A DNA stretch of 64,000 bases from Candidatus Poribacteria bacterium (GTDB taxonomy: Bacteria; Poribacteria; WGA-4E; WGA-3G), in NCBI GenBank assembly GCA_022825825.1, contig JAJDWA010000027.1:572-64571 (forward strand). The letters are read 5' to 3'. The position numbers and the translations under genes were made by a program. Shown one piece after another: positions 40,143 to 50,604 of this stretch (the stretch's first letter is position 1; each line of letters opens with the position of its first letter). Below the pieces are notes generated by a model that did not search any database, was not told the origin of the DNA, and saw only the letters and a list, made by a program, of their open reading frames with translations.

Positions 40143-40343
40143 ATAACGCGAGTTTGATAAATCAGATTTTGTATTCGGTGCAGTTAGGAAACCGCCAAAT
40201 CAAGAAATCAACGGTATGAACGCCATTTAGGCGTTCCCCGGGTATGAATGCTATATAGCATTCCCCGCCTACCAGGTCTATGAGAGTAATATTTTTGGAA
40301 AAATGAAGTTCATATATCTATTATCATACTCACGTTAAAAATA
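40143..40343. mobile_element. A roughly 200-bp MITE-like element (copy c) with the same TIR family as copy b.
   Basis: Left ataacgcgagtttgataaat (40143-40162). Right ttatcatactcacgttaaaaata (40321-40343). The interior shares about 50 bp with the 38662-38866 element (ccaaatcaa...cggtatgaa.gccatttaggc.ttccccgg). Confidence 0.55.
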
Positions 40344-40358
40344 CGATAGTTCTCTTAA

Positions 40359-40754
40359 CTAAGAGGAACAAAGCGTTACTTGTGCGACTGCATAATCAAC
40401 CGCGTGTGAGAGACTAATAAAGCTTGTAACAACACCGAGTTCTGAAGCATATTGCTTGACTTTTCCGTGTAAAATGAGCGATGGTTTTCCAGCGGCATTC
40501 GCGCAAACTTCTACATCTTGCCAATACATTCCAACTGTTAATCCTGTTCCGAGTGCTTTCAGAGTTGCCTCCTTTGCCGCGAACCGAGTGGCAAGTCTTG
40601 CATAACGTGTTTGTGTTTTTCCACAATATGCAAGTTCCTGAGGTGTATAGACGCGATGTTCAAACTTGCTCCCCCACCGAAGAGAAAGGCGTCTGATCCG
40701 TTCAATCTCAATAATATCAATGCCGATCCCTTGAATTTTTTGTTGGAGCATCAA
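40359..40754 (-). CDS. acpS: Holo-[acyl-carrier-protein] synthase.
   Basis: GIGIDIIEIERI...FAAKEATLKALGTG is a canonical AcpS. Confidence 0.8.
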   Translation of the reverse strand: MMLQQKIQGIGIDIIEIERIRRLSLRWGSKFEHRVYTPQELAYCGKTQTRYARLATRFAAKEATLKALGTGLTVGMYWQDVEVCANAAGKPSLILHGKVKQYASELGVVTSFISLSHAVDYAVAQVTLCSS

Positions 40755-40774
40755 TTTTTCTGATTCGTGTCTGT

Positions 40775-41602
40775 TTACCGATAAAGAGCGTCTGTAATTC
40801 GTGCTGCGCGGACTGTAGCCTCCACATCATGAACGCGTACGATATCTGCGCCATGTGCAATTGCCCAACACACTGTAGCAAGGGTGCCTTCACCCCTTTC
40901 AGTTACAGGAAGTTCTAATAAATTACCGATAAACGATTTTCGTGATGTGCCGATTAATATCGGTTTGTTTAGTTGCCTGAATACGTCGAGATGTTTTAAA
41001 ATCTGTAAATTCTGTTCGATAGTTTTGCCGAATCCGATACCCGGGTCTATAATAACACGGTCAGGGTCAATACCGTTTTGCGCTGCATCGTTAATCCAAT
41101 TCTCTAATGCCTCATAAACCTCTTCCACAACATTTTCATACTGTGGCGCGCGCTGCATAGTACGCGGTATCCCCTTCATGTGCATGAGAATAACACCTGC
41201 TTCCATTTCTGCTGCAACGTGTGCCATCGCCGCATCCCCGCGAAGTGCGGTAATATCGTTGATGATATGTGCCCCAGCTTCAAGTGCTTGTTCTGCTACC
41301 ACAGCTTTGGTGGTATCAATAGAAAGCGGAACATCCAGTTGTTCAGAAGCGAGCGCATGGATAACCGGTAATACCCTATTTAATTCTATTTCTGCTGTTA
41401 CCGGTTCTGATCCTGGGCGCGACGATTCCCCACCAATATCAATAATAGTTGCCCCTTCTGCTACCATGGTTTTGGCATGTGTAATCGCGCAGTTGACATC
41501 AAGGTAAGCACCACCATCCGAAAAGGAATCAGGGGTGACATTCAGAACACCCATAATATGGGTGCTGCCGCCAAAAGCGAGCGATTTACCACGGTAATTC
41601 AT
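40775..41602 (-). CDS. folP: Dihydropteroate synthase.
   Basis: IMGVLNVTPDSFSDGG...IIDIGGESSRPG...INDI. Confidence 0.9.
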   Translation of the reverse strand: MNYRGKSLAFGGSTHIMGVLNVTPDSFSDGGAYLDVNCAITHAKTMVAEGATIIDIGGESSRPGSEPVTAEIELNRVLPVIHALASEQLDVPLSIDTTKAVVAEQALEAGAHIINDITALRGDAAMAHVAAEMEAGVILMHMKGIPRTMQRAPQYENVVEEVYEALENWINDAAQNGIDPDRVIIDPGIGFGKTIEQNLQILKHLDVFRQLNKPILIGTSRKSFIGNLLELPVTERGEGTLATVCWAIAHGADIVRVHDVEATVRAARITDALYR

Positions 41603-43494
41603 GTGAGGGGTTTAGCTGGCAACTGAGGCCGAGGACCGAGTATCTCTTCAATTTCTTCGGTAATTAGTGTTTCCCGTTCTAATAAGGCATCGGCGAGCAA
41701 TTTCAAACCATCAAGATTGGTCTCTATAATCTCTTTCGCTTTTTCGTAACATTCCATTATGATGGCACAAACGGCTTTATCAATAGAGACAGCTGTTTCT
41801 TCACTATAATCTTGATGTACTGCCAATTCTTTACCGAGGAAGACCTGTTCGTCTCTCCTGCCGAAAGCCAATGGCCCCAATGGACTCATGCCCCATTGTG
41901 TGACCATTCGCCGGGCAAGATGGGTTGCTTGTTCAAAATCATTTTGCGCGCCGGTTGTTTGCTCACCGAAGATAATTTCTTCAGCTACGCGTCCACCGAG
42001 TGCAAAAATAATATGTGCAAGTAACCTTTTCTTACTTAGGTTATGTCGTTCTTCAAGTGGGAGCATAGCAGTTACACCGAGTGCTCTACCGCGTGGCACA
42101 ATCGTACACTTATAATTAGGATCGCTTTCCGGCACAAAATGCAACATGAGAGCATGTCCTGCTTCATGATAGGCAGTGATGCGCCGTTCTTCATCACTAA
42201 TCACCAAACTACGGCGTTCAGGCCCCATCAAGACGCGATCTTTAGCTTCATCAAAGCAGCTCATGTCAATTGTATCTTTGTCTTGCCTCGCGGCAAGCAG
42301 CGCGGCTTCATTCGCCATATTTTTTAGGTCTGCGCCTGAGAATCCTGGTGTTGCTTTTGCTAATATCTCCAAGTCAACGTCTTCAGAAATTTTATAGGGT
42401 TCTTTTGTGTGAACGCCGAGAATGGCTTGTCTGCCGCGAACATCAGGTAAATCAACGATAATCTGACGGTCAAACCTGCCGGGGCGTAGTAGAGCCGGAT
42501 CAAGAACATCAGGACGGTTTGTAGCTGCAATCACAATGACGCCTTCAGATGCCTCAAAACCTTGCATTCCAACAAGAAGTTGATTTAAAGTTTGTTCGCG
42601 TTCATCGTGGCCACCGCCGATGCCAGCACCCCGATGGCGTCCAACAGCATCAAGCTCATCAATAAAAATGATACAAGGGGCATTTTTCTTACCTGTTTCA
42701 AACAGGTCACGGACTCTGGAAGCGCCGACTCCGACAAACATTTCAACAAAATCGGATCCACTAATGTCGAAAAATGGAACATCCGCTTCACCTGCAACGG
42801 CTTGTGCCAGCATTGTTTTACCAGTACCTGGAGGACCGACTAACAACACACCTGTAGGAATTGTGCCGCCAAGCCTTTCAAACTTCTTAGGGGCTTTGAG
42901 AAATTCAATAATCTCTTCGAGTGCTTCTTTCGCCTCGTCTACCCCCGCAACATCTTCAAAGGTAATCTTTTTATCACTTTCAGTATAGAGTGTAGCACGA
43001 CTTTTACCAAAAGATAATGCGCGGTTTCCGCTTCCCTGCATCTGCCGAGATAGAAAGATCATCAAACCCAAAAATATCAATAATGGGACTATTGTCGTGC
43101 CAAAAACGAGTAGCCAGTCAGGAAAATTAGAGGCGGGTTTGGCATCGTACAGAATGCCACTTCCATCAAGTTTCTCCTGGAGTTTGTAATCGTCATTTGT
43201 ATCACGACTTGCCTTAAATTCTCCCATCCATTTTGGAGGCAGCACCACATTTTTCATCTCCAATTCTGCCGTAATTTTGCCCAGATAACTCTCGTGAAAC
43301 TTGCCTTCAATCCACTCGTCATCAAGAATGAGATAGTCATCAAAGAGACTACCTCCTTCCTTTATGTAGTTATGAAAGTCAGAGGTAGCTAACTGGAGAA
43401 CTTGGTCGCCACGGTTGATAAGTTGGTAAATAGCGACAACAACAACCAACCCCAAAATAAACCACACGAACATGTTTTTTGTGTTTTTGTTCAC
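41599..43494 (-). CDS. ftsH: ATP-dependent zinc metalloprotease FtsH.
   Basis: N-terminal TM, Walker [12 protein letters not shown] motif, HEAGHA zinc site. Confidence 0.95.
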   Translation of the reverse strand: MNKNTKNMFVWFILGLVVVVAIYQLINRGDQVLQLATSDFHNYIKEGGSLFDDYLILDDEWIEGKFHESYLGKITAELEMKNVVLPPKWMGEFKASRDTNDDYKLQEKLDGSGILYDAKPASNFPDWLLVFGTTIVPLLIFLGLMIFLSRQMQGSGNRALSFGKSRATLYTESDKKITFEDVAGVDEAKEALEEIIEFLKAPKKFERLGGTIPTGVLLVGPPGTGKTMLAQAVAGEADVPFFDISGSDFVEMFVGVGASRVRDLFETGKKNAPCIIFIDELDAVGRHRGAGIGGGHDEREQTLNQLLVGMQGFEASEGVIVIAATNRPDVLDPALLRPGRFDRQIIVDLPDVRGRQAILGVHTKEPYKISEDVDLEILAKATPGFSGADLKNMANEAALLAARQDKDTIDMSCFDEAKDRVLMGPERRSLVISDEERRITAYHEAGHALMLHFVPESDPNYKCTIVPRGRALGVTAMLPLEERHNLSKKRLLAHIIFALGGRVAEEIIFGEQTTGAQNDFEQATHLARRMVTQWGMSPLGPLAFGRRDEQVFLGKELAVHQDYSEETAVSIDKAVCAIIMECYEKAKEIIETNLDGLKLLADALLERETLITEEIEEILGPRPQLPAKPLT

Positions 43495-43821
43495 AACCTA
43501 TCGCCTCGTTTTCATTAAAATTATCACACTTGGAGCGATACTATAGACTATAGCATGCATTCAGAACAGACACTTAAATTGTGCACGCACAAGCAATTTT
43601 AGTGGTACCTGCTTATTTTGTGTTTGTTTTAGAAAGATTTTGAACCTGACTTATAAATTATAACACACTTTTTACTTAATATCAACTGAATTTAAAAAAA
43701 CTCCTTTCTCACATCAATACCTTTGCCAAAAATGGACGCTTCTTCATAAATCAACCAGGGTTATTTAGTTTTAAGTATTTTTATTTATGAGGTTAACTAT
43801 GGGTTTAGGTCTTGAGGATAG

Positions 43822-43880
43822 GTGTGGTTTCCTAACCGCACTGGTCAGATGTGGCTAATAGTGCGGTTAGGAAACCACAC
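43822..43880. repeat. Long perfect inverted repeat (21-bp arms, 17-nt spacer) containing the GGTTAGGAAACC core.
   Basis: gtgtggtttcctaaccgcact ... agtgcggttaggaaaccacac. It lies in the 620-bp ftsH / 44119 divergent intergenic region. Confidence 0.7.
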
Positions 43881-44054
43881 ACGCCGAATCATGAAAAATA
43901 CCTTATGTGTGTATGCTACCACGCGCATGCGGCGTTGATTCACCAGGAAGTGTGCATATATTATAGATTGGATGGTATCGTAAATATTAATGTTTGTGAT
44001 AAAATTGCAAGAAAAACCGAAAACTAAATAATCCTGGATATTGAATAAATTTGG

Positions 44055-44084
44055 TTGACAAAATTAAATTAACTATGATATACT
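44055..44084 (+). promoter_or_regulatory. Candidate sigma70-like promoter for the 44119 gene.
   Basis: TTGACA (44055-44060), an 18-nt spacer, TATACT (44079-44084). GGAGG RBS 9 nt before the GTG at 44119. Confidence 0.4.
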
Positions 44085-44118
44085 ATACCATAATAGTGTT
44101 CAAAGGAGGAGTAATAAA

Positions 44119-44823
44119 GTGCGTACACAAATTCTTTTGGCAAGTGTCCTGTTGTTGACAGTGATGTCTTATGCATTAGGACATCTTACCGACGAAAATC
44201 TTCAAAATTTCCAATATAACGCAGAACTTGTGCCAGTCGCGCCTATCGTTGATGGATATCTTGATGATCCGGTATGGGAGGAAGCATCAGTTGGTAAACT
44301 TGAACAAGAAATCATGCACGAGCATCGGTGGCCGGAATCCAATGATTTCACGGGATCCTTCAAAGCGGTTTGGCGTAGTGGATTTCTTTATGTCGCTATT
44401 AAAATACAAGATGACCAGTTTGAGAAATATCAATCTAAGCTTTTTAGAGCAGATCAACTTATCCTCCATATTGACCAATTTCACTATCAACGTAAGGATG
44501 AGCTCTACCGCTATGAAATTCCTATTGGAATAGAAGAAGGCATCCTGAAACCCCCTCTAACATCAGTAGCCTGGGGAAATGATGGTCAGACTTGTGAATT
44601 AAGTTTTCGGCTTGGAGGCATCGCGAGTAAAGATAGTGTTATCAGTTTTAGTATTGCCTATGATGACGTTGATAACGGTCAACTACAAAATAAAATCGCT
44701 TGGGCGCCAGTAGGTTATACAGAACAGGATGACAGACTTCCAGATCTCGTTTTTACAGCGAAGATAGATCCTAATGTACAACAGAAATTGATCCGATGGG
44801 GACAAATCAAAAGACTTTATTAA
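44119..44823 (+). CDS. Secreted carbohydrate-binding (CBM9/DOMON-like) domain protein.
   Basis: Signal peptide MRTQILLASVLLLTVMSYALG. DDPVWEEA...F...LWR..FLYVAIKIQDD resembles CBM family 9-like sugar-binding modules. Confidence 0.5.
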   Translation: MRTQILLASVLLLTVMSYALGHLTDENLQNFQYNAELVPVAPIVDGYLDDPVWEEASVGKLEQEIMHEHRWPESNDFTGSFKAVWRSGFLYVAIKIQDDQFEKYQSKLFRADQLILHIDQFHYQRKDELYRYEIPIGIEEGILKPPLTSVAWGNDGQTCELSFRLGGIASKDSVISFSIAYDDVDNGQLQNKIAWAPVGYTEQDDRLPDLVFTAKIDPNVQQKLIRWGQIKRLY

Positions 44824-44893
44824 TAACATATCAGGGCAATTCCAACATTTAGTATATCACTAAAATGTTGGAATTTGTTCTAAAAACGACAGA

Positions 44894-45079
44894 ATGTTGT
44901 ATTATATTGGAAAAACTTTAGAACTGATGGGCATAGCATGTTTAGGTGCTGCACTCTATTTGGGACTTTTCAACCCCTTTGGGTATAGTGAAACTCAAGC
45001 TATGGGGGCTGAGATGGGTTTCTTAGCACTCGGAATTATTGTTTTTTTTGTTGGAAGACTTATTGAAAAACAACATTAG
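44894..45079 (+). CDS. Small hypothetical membrane protein (61 aa, 2 TM).
   Basis: ORF with two hydrophobic helices; no motif. Confidence 0.3.
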   Translation: MLYYIGKTLELMGIACLGAALYLGLFNPFGYSETQAMGAEMGFLALGIIVFFVGRLIEKQH

Positions 45080-45183
45080 AAATTATCATTATTTCCCTAA
45101 TTAGACAGACACTGATCAAGTGTTGTCTTTTGCGCTCCATCCTAAAGCCAAATATTATAAACTGAATATTAGTCCGCTTCTGC

Positions 45184-46269
45184 TCACTTTGTCTGTGAAG
45201 ATGATGAGATTGTGGGTTGGTCTGCGTCAAAATATCCATAGACCGGAATACGTATCGGCGTGGAAGTTGCTGAGGTCGTGATACGAATTTCTTCACGTAA
45301 CAGGGAAGGTGATTTTGATACATCCCAGGACACTTTAAACCATCTTTCGTAAAGCGGTGAACCTGTTTTGGATTGTACAGTTTTGGGAATATCAACAATC
45401 TCTAAAGAGTCGGGGGCTTGAATGCTTAACACCTTAAACTCGGTTTTTGCAGAGAGCGTGAATTCTAATGATGGTATTGCTTCCTTGTTTATTGTGCCAT
45501 AAGAAAGATTTTCCGGTTTAACTGTTACAGGTCCTATAATTCTTGCTATAATCGGTAACGTCAAGGTGCGTTCATTTGGAAAAGCTACCGTGAGTAGCGC
45601 TGAAAAAGGTTCACCAACATTATAGTGATTAGTTTTGGCTGCTCTATCTCTTTTCTGAACGTTCAAGTAAATCGTGATTATAAAACACTCTGAACTCGGA
45701 GCGGGTGTTATATCCCATGTTAACATTGGATATTCTGAAGGTAGAAGCCGAATTTCTTGTTGATTGATCGGTGCATTGATACACAGTTTAACCTGCTTTT
45801 CATACAGTGTTTTAGGTAAGATTTCTCCAAAATCACATACCTCTGCACTCAGCGTTGCAAACCGTTTTGCTGTCGCAACAATTGTCAAATAGACTTGTGG
45901 TGTCTTAGGACTATCTGTAAAAAGAATTACAGTTGCTGAAGTCGTATCATCAGGTAGGAATTGCGGATCAAGGAGGACCTTAAACGTCCCTTCCTTACCT
46001 GGTGGAATCGCCTTTGGTCCCTCAATTTCAATATAATTACAACCGGTTTGGATTCTGTTTATATGGAGAAGACGTTTTCCGGTGTTTTGTGCCGAAACCG
46101 TTCGTGTTACTCGTCCTTCCCACTCAGGGACTGTTCCAAAGTCAAGTTGCGTTTGAGAAAGAACTAACTCCCCTGGAAATTCTTTTCGGTTATTGATTAA
46201 GACGACTATTAATCCTGAAATTAGCAGTCCGGGAATAATAACTGTCGTCAGAATTTTACGTTTTGACAT
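45184..46269 (-). CDS. DUF1573-domain (Ig-like) membrane-anchored protein.
   Basis: N-terminal TM anchor. LDFGTVPEWEGRVTRTVSAQNTGKRLLHINRIQTGCNY matches the DUF1573 consensus (FDFG.v..G......f...N.G...L.I..v...C.C). A second similar module is at CDFGEIL. Confidence 0.6.
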   Translation of the reverse strand: MSKRKILTTVIIPGLLISGLIVVLINNRKEFPGELVLSQTQLDFGTVPEWEGRVTRTVSAQNTGKRLLHINRIQTGCNYIEIEGPKAIPPGKEGTFKVLLDPQFLPDDTTSATVILFTDSPKTPQVYLTIVATAKRFATLSAEVCDFGEILPKTLYEKQVKLCINAPINQQEIRLLPSEYPMLTWDITPAPSSECFIITIYLNVQKRDRAAKTNHYNVGEPFSALLTVAFPNERTLTLPIIARIIGPVTVKPENLSYGTINKEAIPSLEFTLSAKTEFKVLSIQAPDSLEIVDIPKTVQSKTGSPLYERWFKVSWDVSKSPSLLREEIRITTSATSTPIRIPVYGYFDADQPTISSSSQTK

Positions 46270-46398
46270 AGCCTCATTTTAGCGTTATATCAGTCTATCC
46301 ACTGTTCTGGAACATTAGGCTTATAATATATCTTACTACCTTGTCTCTGTCTACTGAAAACTTCCAAAGACTTGACTCCTAAAATGTAAAACGGTATA

Positions 46399-46475
46399 TT
46401 ATGGTAGATTTTAGATATATTTATACATTGCTGCTCTGGCGAGGTTAGGAAACCTCGCCTACCGTGGGGTGGAAG
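46399..46475. repeat. Family-2 element, reverse orientation.
   Basis: tattatggtagattttagat... then ggcgaggttaggaaacctcgcctaccgtggggtgg; this is the reverse complement of the 29979-30080 hairpin and end. Confidence 0.55.
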
Positions 46476-46523
46476 TGTATATTAAATTTTAGAAATCACC
46501 GTATAACAAGTTAGGGAGTTTAT

Positions 46524-47252
46524 ATGCAAACCCAGCGAATTTGTCTTTGGTCGGGACCACGGAACATTTCAACAGCACTAATGTATGCTTTCGGGCAACG
46601 AAGCGATACCGAAATCGTTGATGAACCGTTATATGCACACTATCTGCATGTCACAGGTGCGGCACACCCTGGACGAGAAGAGGTGATGGCATCTATGCAG
46701 ACTGATGGTGCTGCTGTTATCCGTGCTGTTATCCTTGGCCCTTGCACTAAACCTATCCTATTTATGAAGCAGATGGCGCACCATCTCGTTGACATTGATA
46801 TATCTTTTATGCGGAAAACGGTAAATATATTGCTCATTCGCGATCCGCGGGAGATGCTTCCGTCTTTAACGAAGGTCATCGGGATTCCGACCTTGAAGGA
46901 TACCGGTTTGAAGGGACAATTCGAATTATTGTCGAAATTAAGAGGGATGGGACAATCACCTCCTATTTTAGATGCACGGGAATTGTTGCTTGCACCGAGA
47001 CAGGTATTGTCAATACTGTGTGATCGATTAGGTCTCCCGTTTGAAGAATCGATGTTGTCATGGCCGCGTGGTGGACATCCTTCGGATGGCGTTTGGGCAC
47101 CGCATTGGTATCATAATGTGCATCAGAGTGTGGGTTTCGTGCCGTATCAACCGAAACGTGAACCGTTTCCTGAAACGTTGGAAGGTGTTTTATCGGAGTG
47201 TTTGCCCTATTACGATGTCCTACGTGCTGATGCAATTTGTGGTGATGCGTAA
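46524..47252 (+). CDS. Hypothetical P-loop-like protein, possibly sulfotransferase family.
   Basis: WSGPRNISTALMYAFGQR resembles the PAPS-binding 5'-PSB loop of sulfotransferases (PRSGST-like). Weak. Confidence 0.4.
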   Translation: MQTQRICLWSGPRNISTALMYAFGQRSDTEIVDEPLYAHYLHVTGAAHPGREEVMASMQTDGAAVIRAVILGPCTKPILFMKQMAHHLVDIDISFMRKTVNILLIRDPREMLPSLTKVIGIPTLKDTGLKGQFELLSKLRGMGQSPPILDARELLLAPRQVLSILCDRLGLPFEESMLSWPRGGHPSDGVWAPHWYHNVHQSVGFVPYQPKREPFPETLEGVLSECLPYYDVLRADAICGDA

Positions 47253-47321
47253 AGCCATCCTTTTGGCGAGATATTATCAGTATAAGGGATTCGCAAGCGA
47301 TAAATTCTGAAGTGAACTGAA

Positions 47322-47849
47322 TTAAGCCTTGTAATGTCTTATTTGCCGAATTAACAATTCCAGCCCATATCCCTGTTGAGAGGAACAAACTATCCCAAAA
47401 CTCCCTGCCGCCAATACGATATTTGAGAAAACCATCATCCAATTAGGTGTTGTTGAAACTGAAAGCCCTAAGAAGTCAAGAAAACTAAAAAGAAAATTGG
47501 CACAACCGCAATCCGTTACAGGCAGTTCTTGCAATAACACATTTGCCAATGCAGCCGCAAATATAAGAAAAAGGAGCGATGCCAACGTCCCCGCCCCTCG
47601 CGAAAAATAGCCGATGCTTAACGTTATCCCCAATGTTATCTCTGCCGAAACCAACACGTAACTTACCGGCTTTACCAGTACCATCGGCAACATCTGATAG
47701 CTAGCTACGACAGCGGCAAAAGCACTGAAATTAGTGAGTTTAGCAATACCTGCAAAAAAGAGGATTATCCCAAGAATTATTCTTAGGAATGTTACCAACA
47801 GTAATGGAATTGTCATTCTGTTTCCAATGGATATCCCAATGCCTGCCAA
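47322..47849 (-). CDS. MauE/DoxX-family membrane protein.
   Basis: 4 TM helices and a DCGCANF motif, as in the methylamine-utilisation MauE family. Confidence 0.65.
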   Translation of the reverse strand: MAGIGISIGNRMTIPLLLVTFLRIILGIILFFAGIAKLTNFSAFAAVVASYQMLPMVLVKPVSYVLVSAEITLGITLSIGYFSRGAGTLASLLFLIFAAALANVLLQELPVTDCGCANFLFSFLDFLGLSVSTTPNWMMVFSNIVLAAGSFGIVCSSQQGYGLELLIRQIRHYKA

Positions 47850-48247
47850 CCTCTTATCCCACGTGGGAAGAACTTCACGTTACGATAGCCATATCTTAAA
47901 AGTACATTCATCAACTGATAGGCGTTTGGACATTCAATGCTTCCGCAATATGTGATGAGAAGTACCTCTTTGTCTGTTGGTAAGGCGGATAAAGTCTGTT
48001 TTACTCGGTTGATAGGGACATTTACAGCATCCGGTATATGTCCCCGTCTGAAGTTAGCTGCAGAACGAGTGTCCACAAAAACTGCTTTTCCGTGCTTCCA
48101 AATTTGGTGTACTTCGGGGAAATCTACTTGCAGAGGGGTGGCACTTGGCGCATGGGAAGTGGAGGAAAGTAGTCCAAATCCATCCGCTACCCAAAGTGTT
48201 CCGGTTCCAAAACCGATCCAAATGCAAACAATGAGCAATTCCTTCAT
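47813..48247 (-). CDS. Rhodanese-domain (sulfurtransferase-like) protein, secreted.
   Basis: FVDTRSAANFRRGHIPDAVNVP...YCGSIECPNAYQ is a rhodanese fold with active-site Cys. Start chosen at MKELLIV (signal peptide). Confidence 0.7.
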   Translation of the reverse strand: MKELLIVCIWIGFGTGTLWVADGFGLLSSTSHAPSATPLQVDFPEVHQIWKHGKAVFVDTRSAANFRRGHIPDAVNVPINRVKQTLSALPTDKEVLLITYCGSIECPNAYQLMNVLLRYGYRNVKFFPRGIRGWQALGYPLETE

Positions 48248-48306
48248 AATTTGCTGTCCTGTTCTGTGTTCAGAACTGTCTTGAGATTGTTTTGGGAAAC
48301 CACGCA

Positions 48307-49005
48307 TTATCTTCTTTTGAGTTGTGCCCAGGTTGAGGTTACTTTTACCTCAGGAGAAATGTTTAGTCCAGAAATCGTGAACGAATCAACCCATCCTTCG
48401 CCGATCCATTCATTTGCGATAGTAATTCCTTCCACAACAAATCCGAGAATCTCGATTCTATTGAAATTTGCATCTCGGAATTTTGCACGAAATTCGCCAT
48501 CCGCGAACAGTAAAAAATTACCTGAGTTAAAATGTAACTCCATTTCTGTCAAAATGTCTGTGTCCCAACGTACACGTGGCTCTCGCGATAATCGAATTTG
48601 AAAAGGATGGCTACTCCCTTTGCCATCAAAACGTCTGGCTCTAATTTCATCTAAAAAAAACACATAAAAAAATGGATCTTCTTCGGGTGTATCAGGAAAA
48701 TGTCGTCCTACGCAAAAACCGAAACGTAACTTGTCGCCACCGAAATTCTTTATTTTAACTGTAAAGTCTCTATAAGAGGCAGGAAATGCGATGAGTTGGT
48801 AGAGATCATATTGCGCCTCCCAATCTCGGTTAATTTCAACGCGTAAAAAACCATCTTCTACTTTCCATACGTCATCATTACCTACGGCATGCCACGCTTT
48901 TGGGTTCTCGGTGTCAAAATCATCGTGCCAAGTTACTGCAGAAATGGAGATGCTACTGCAGAATAAGATAAAAATGATTACTAAGATTTTTGAAATGGTT
49001 TGCAT
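48307..49005 (-). CDS. Secreted DUF1080-like (LamG/jellyroll, 3-keto-disaccharide-hydrolase-like) protein, paralog B.
   Basis: Signal peptide MQTISKILVIIFILF. VTWHDDFDTENPKAWHAVGNDDVWKVEDGFLRVEI. About 35% identical to the 49872..50561 protein. Confidence 0.5.
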   Translation of the reverse strand: MQTISKILVIIFILFCSSISISAVTWHDDFDTENPKAWHAVGNDDVWKVEDGFLRVEINRDWEAQYDLYQLIAFPASYRDFTVKIKNFGGDKLRFGFCVGRHFPDTPEEDPFFYVFFLDEIRARRFDGKGSSHPFQIRLSREPRVRWDTDILTEMELHFNSGNFLLFADGEFRAKFRDANFNRIEILGFVVEGITIANEWIGEGWVDSFTISGLNISPEVKVTSTWAQLKRR

Positions 49006-49126
49006 TAGTTTCCTGCTTGTATGGAAATATAATGACGTATTTTCAGACCGTAATATAAGAAACGCAATAAATTCCACAATTCCAACGAATTATGGAATTA
49101 ACTGTACCAGCGATTAGGTTTCGTGC

Positions 49127-49870
49127 TTAATTGATCTTTATGCAATCGTACCATCGGTGTGTTCGCCTTCCTTTTCGGCTTAACACACCAGGTTTCCGCT
49201 CAACGGGAGAACCGAAGTCCCGATCTTTCTGTTTCATGACATTCCAGTCGGGTGGAAACCATGCTTTTAGCGTTTTACAATGCACTTCAAGGTCTTCACC
49301 TTCCCATCCTCCAACTTTGTAATACATGGGACAAACCCATCTCTCTCTGCCTCGAGCGTGCTGCCGCCATCCCATCACAGATGCTTGTGATCGGATAATG
49401 TTTCCGTCGCGCCAATGCCGTTCAATGCCACTCCAAGGATAGCCTGTTGTCCCGGTTCCGCGATTAATTTCACTCCACCCAAGATCATCATAGAGCGTAA
49501 TATAAGATACGTTTGTGCCCCAAGGTGTCTTGTCGTCGGCAAAACCCCACTTCTGTCGCCTGTACCAATGTAAAGCCCCTGGAATACTTGACTTGGAAAC
49601 TACAGCGTTTTCAATGGTTTCTGTAATGTCAAAAAAACCTCTATTGTTATACAGGTTATGTACACCCTCACAGAGTGTTAATGAGTTCACTTCAGGACCG
49701 AACCATTTTCCGTTTTTACCGGGTGTTCTATAATATGCGCCAGACGCTGCAGGTTTAGCACGTTCGCTCGGATTCAATTTTGCCTTCGCAAATGTGCTCC
49801 AGAACATCACACCTAAAACTGCTAATAGCAAAAAGAGATTAAAAAGTATATCTAAATTCTTTCGCAACAT
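49127..49870 (-). CDS. Hypothetical secreted Trp-rich protein.
   Basis: Signal peptide MLRKNLDILFNLFLLLAVLGVMFWS. No motif. Confidence 0.45.
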   Translation of the reverse strand: MLRKNLDILFNLFLLLAVLGVMFWSTFAKAKLNPSERAKPAASGAYYRTPGKNGKWFGPEVNSLTLCEGVHNLYNNRGFFDITETIENAVVSKSSIPGALHWYRRQKWGFADDKTPWGTNVSYITLYDDLGWSEINRGTGTTGYPWSGIERHWRDGNIIRSQASVMGWRQHARGRERWVCPMYYKVGGWEGEDLEVHCKTLKAWFPPDWNVMKQKDRDFGSPVERKPGVLSRKGRRTHRWYDCIKIN

Positions 49871-49871
49871 T

Positions 49872-50561
49872 TTAGGGTTTTTCCCGTTTCATGTGTGCCC
49901 ATGTTGTTGTTAATTTCTGTTTTGGTGAGACTGGCATTCCGGAAATAGTAATCTTCTCTGCCCATGCTTCGCCTTCACTCGCCATATCCGTAACATACCC
50001 GACAAGGACCAAGCCGATAATATCGATTTTTGATAAATTAGCGTCCCTAAAATCCATGCGCGATTCGCCGTCACCGAACAACTGAAATCTACCGTCATCA
50101 AACTGGAGGACCATCTCGTTAAGGGCGTCTGTGTTCCAGCGTCTGCCAGGACCGAGAAACACTTTACCATCTCTTGATGCTTGCATATCATTTGTGAAAA
50201 ATAGGTAATAACCTATCTCCTCTATTTCCCCGTTGTCATTTAAAAAATGTTTTCCAAGCGCAATGCCGAATTTAATATTCCCTGATGCGCCGATGTTATC
50301 AACCTTAATTGTAATGTTGTTGTAAGGGCCGGTAAAAACTGTAAATTGATAAAGTTCAAATATGGTATGCCACTGCTTTTCTGTTTGGATTTCTGCCCTT
50401 AAATATCCAGCCTCAATCCGCCATATAGAATCGCTTCCTTGTAGTTGCCAATTATCTAATGTTTCTTGATCAAAGTCATCTTGCCAGGTAACTGCAACTG
50501 CAATTCCTTGTAAAGCGAGGAAGGCAAAAACCGTGATGAGTATTCTCAAAATGTGTATCAT
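49872..50561 (-). CDS. Secreted DUF1080-like protein, paralog A.
   Basis: Start at MIHILRILITVFAFLAL (ATG 50561..50559). VTWQDDFDQETLDNWQLQGSDSIWRIEAGYLRAEI. Confidence 0.5.
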   Translation of the reverse strand: MIHILRILITVFAFLALQGIAVAVTWQDDFDQETLDNWQLQGSDSIWRIEAGYLRAEIQTEKQWHTIFELYQFTVFTGPYNNITIKVDNIGASGNIKFGIALGKHFLNDNGEIEEIGYYLFFTNDMQASRDGKVFLGPGRRWNTDALNEMVLQFDDGRFQLFGDGESRMDFRDANLSKIDIIGLVLVGYVTDMASEGEAWAEKITISGMPVSPKQKLTTTWAHMKREKP

Positions 50562-50604
50562 GTTTTCATTCGATTTGTAATAAACCGCATACGGAGTGTG
50601 TCTA

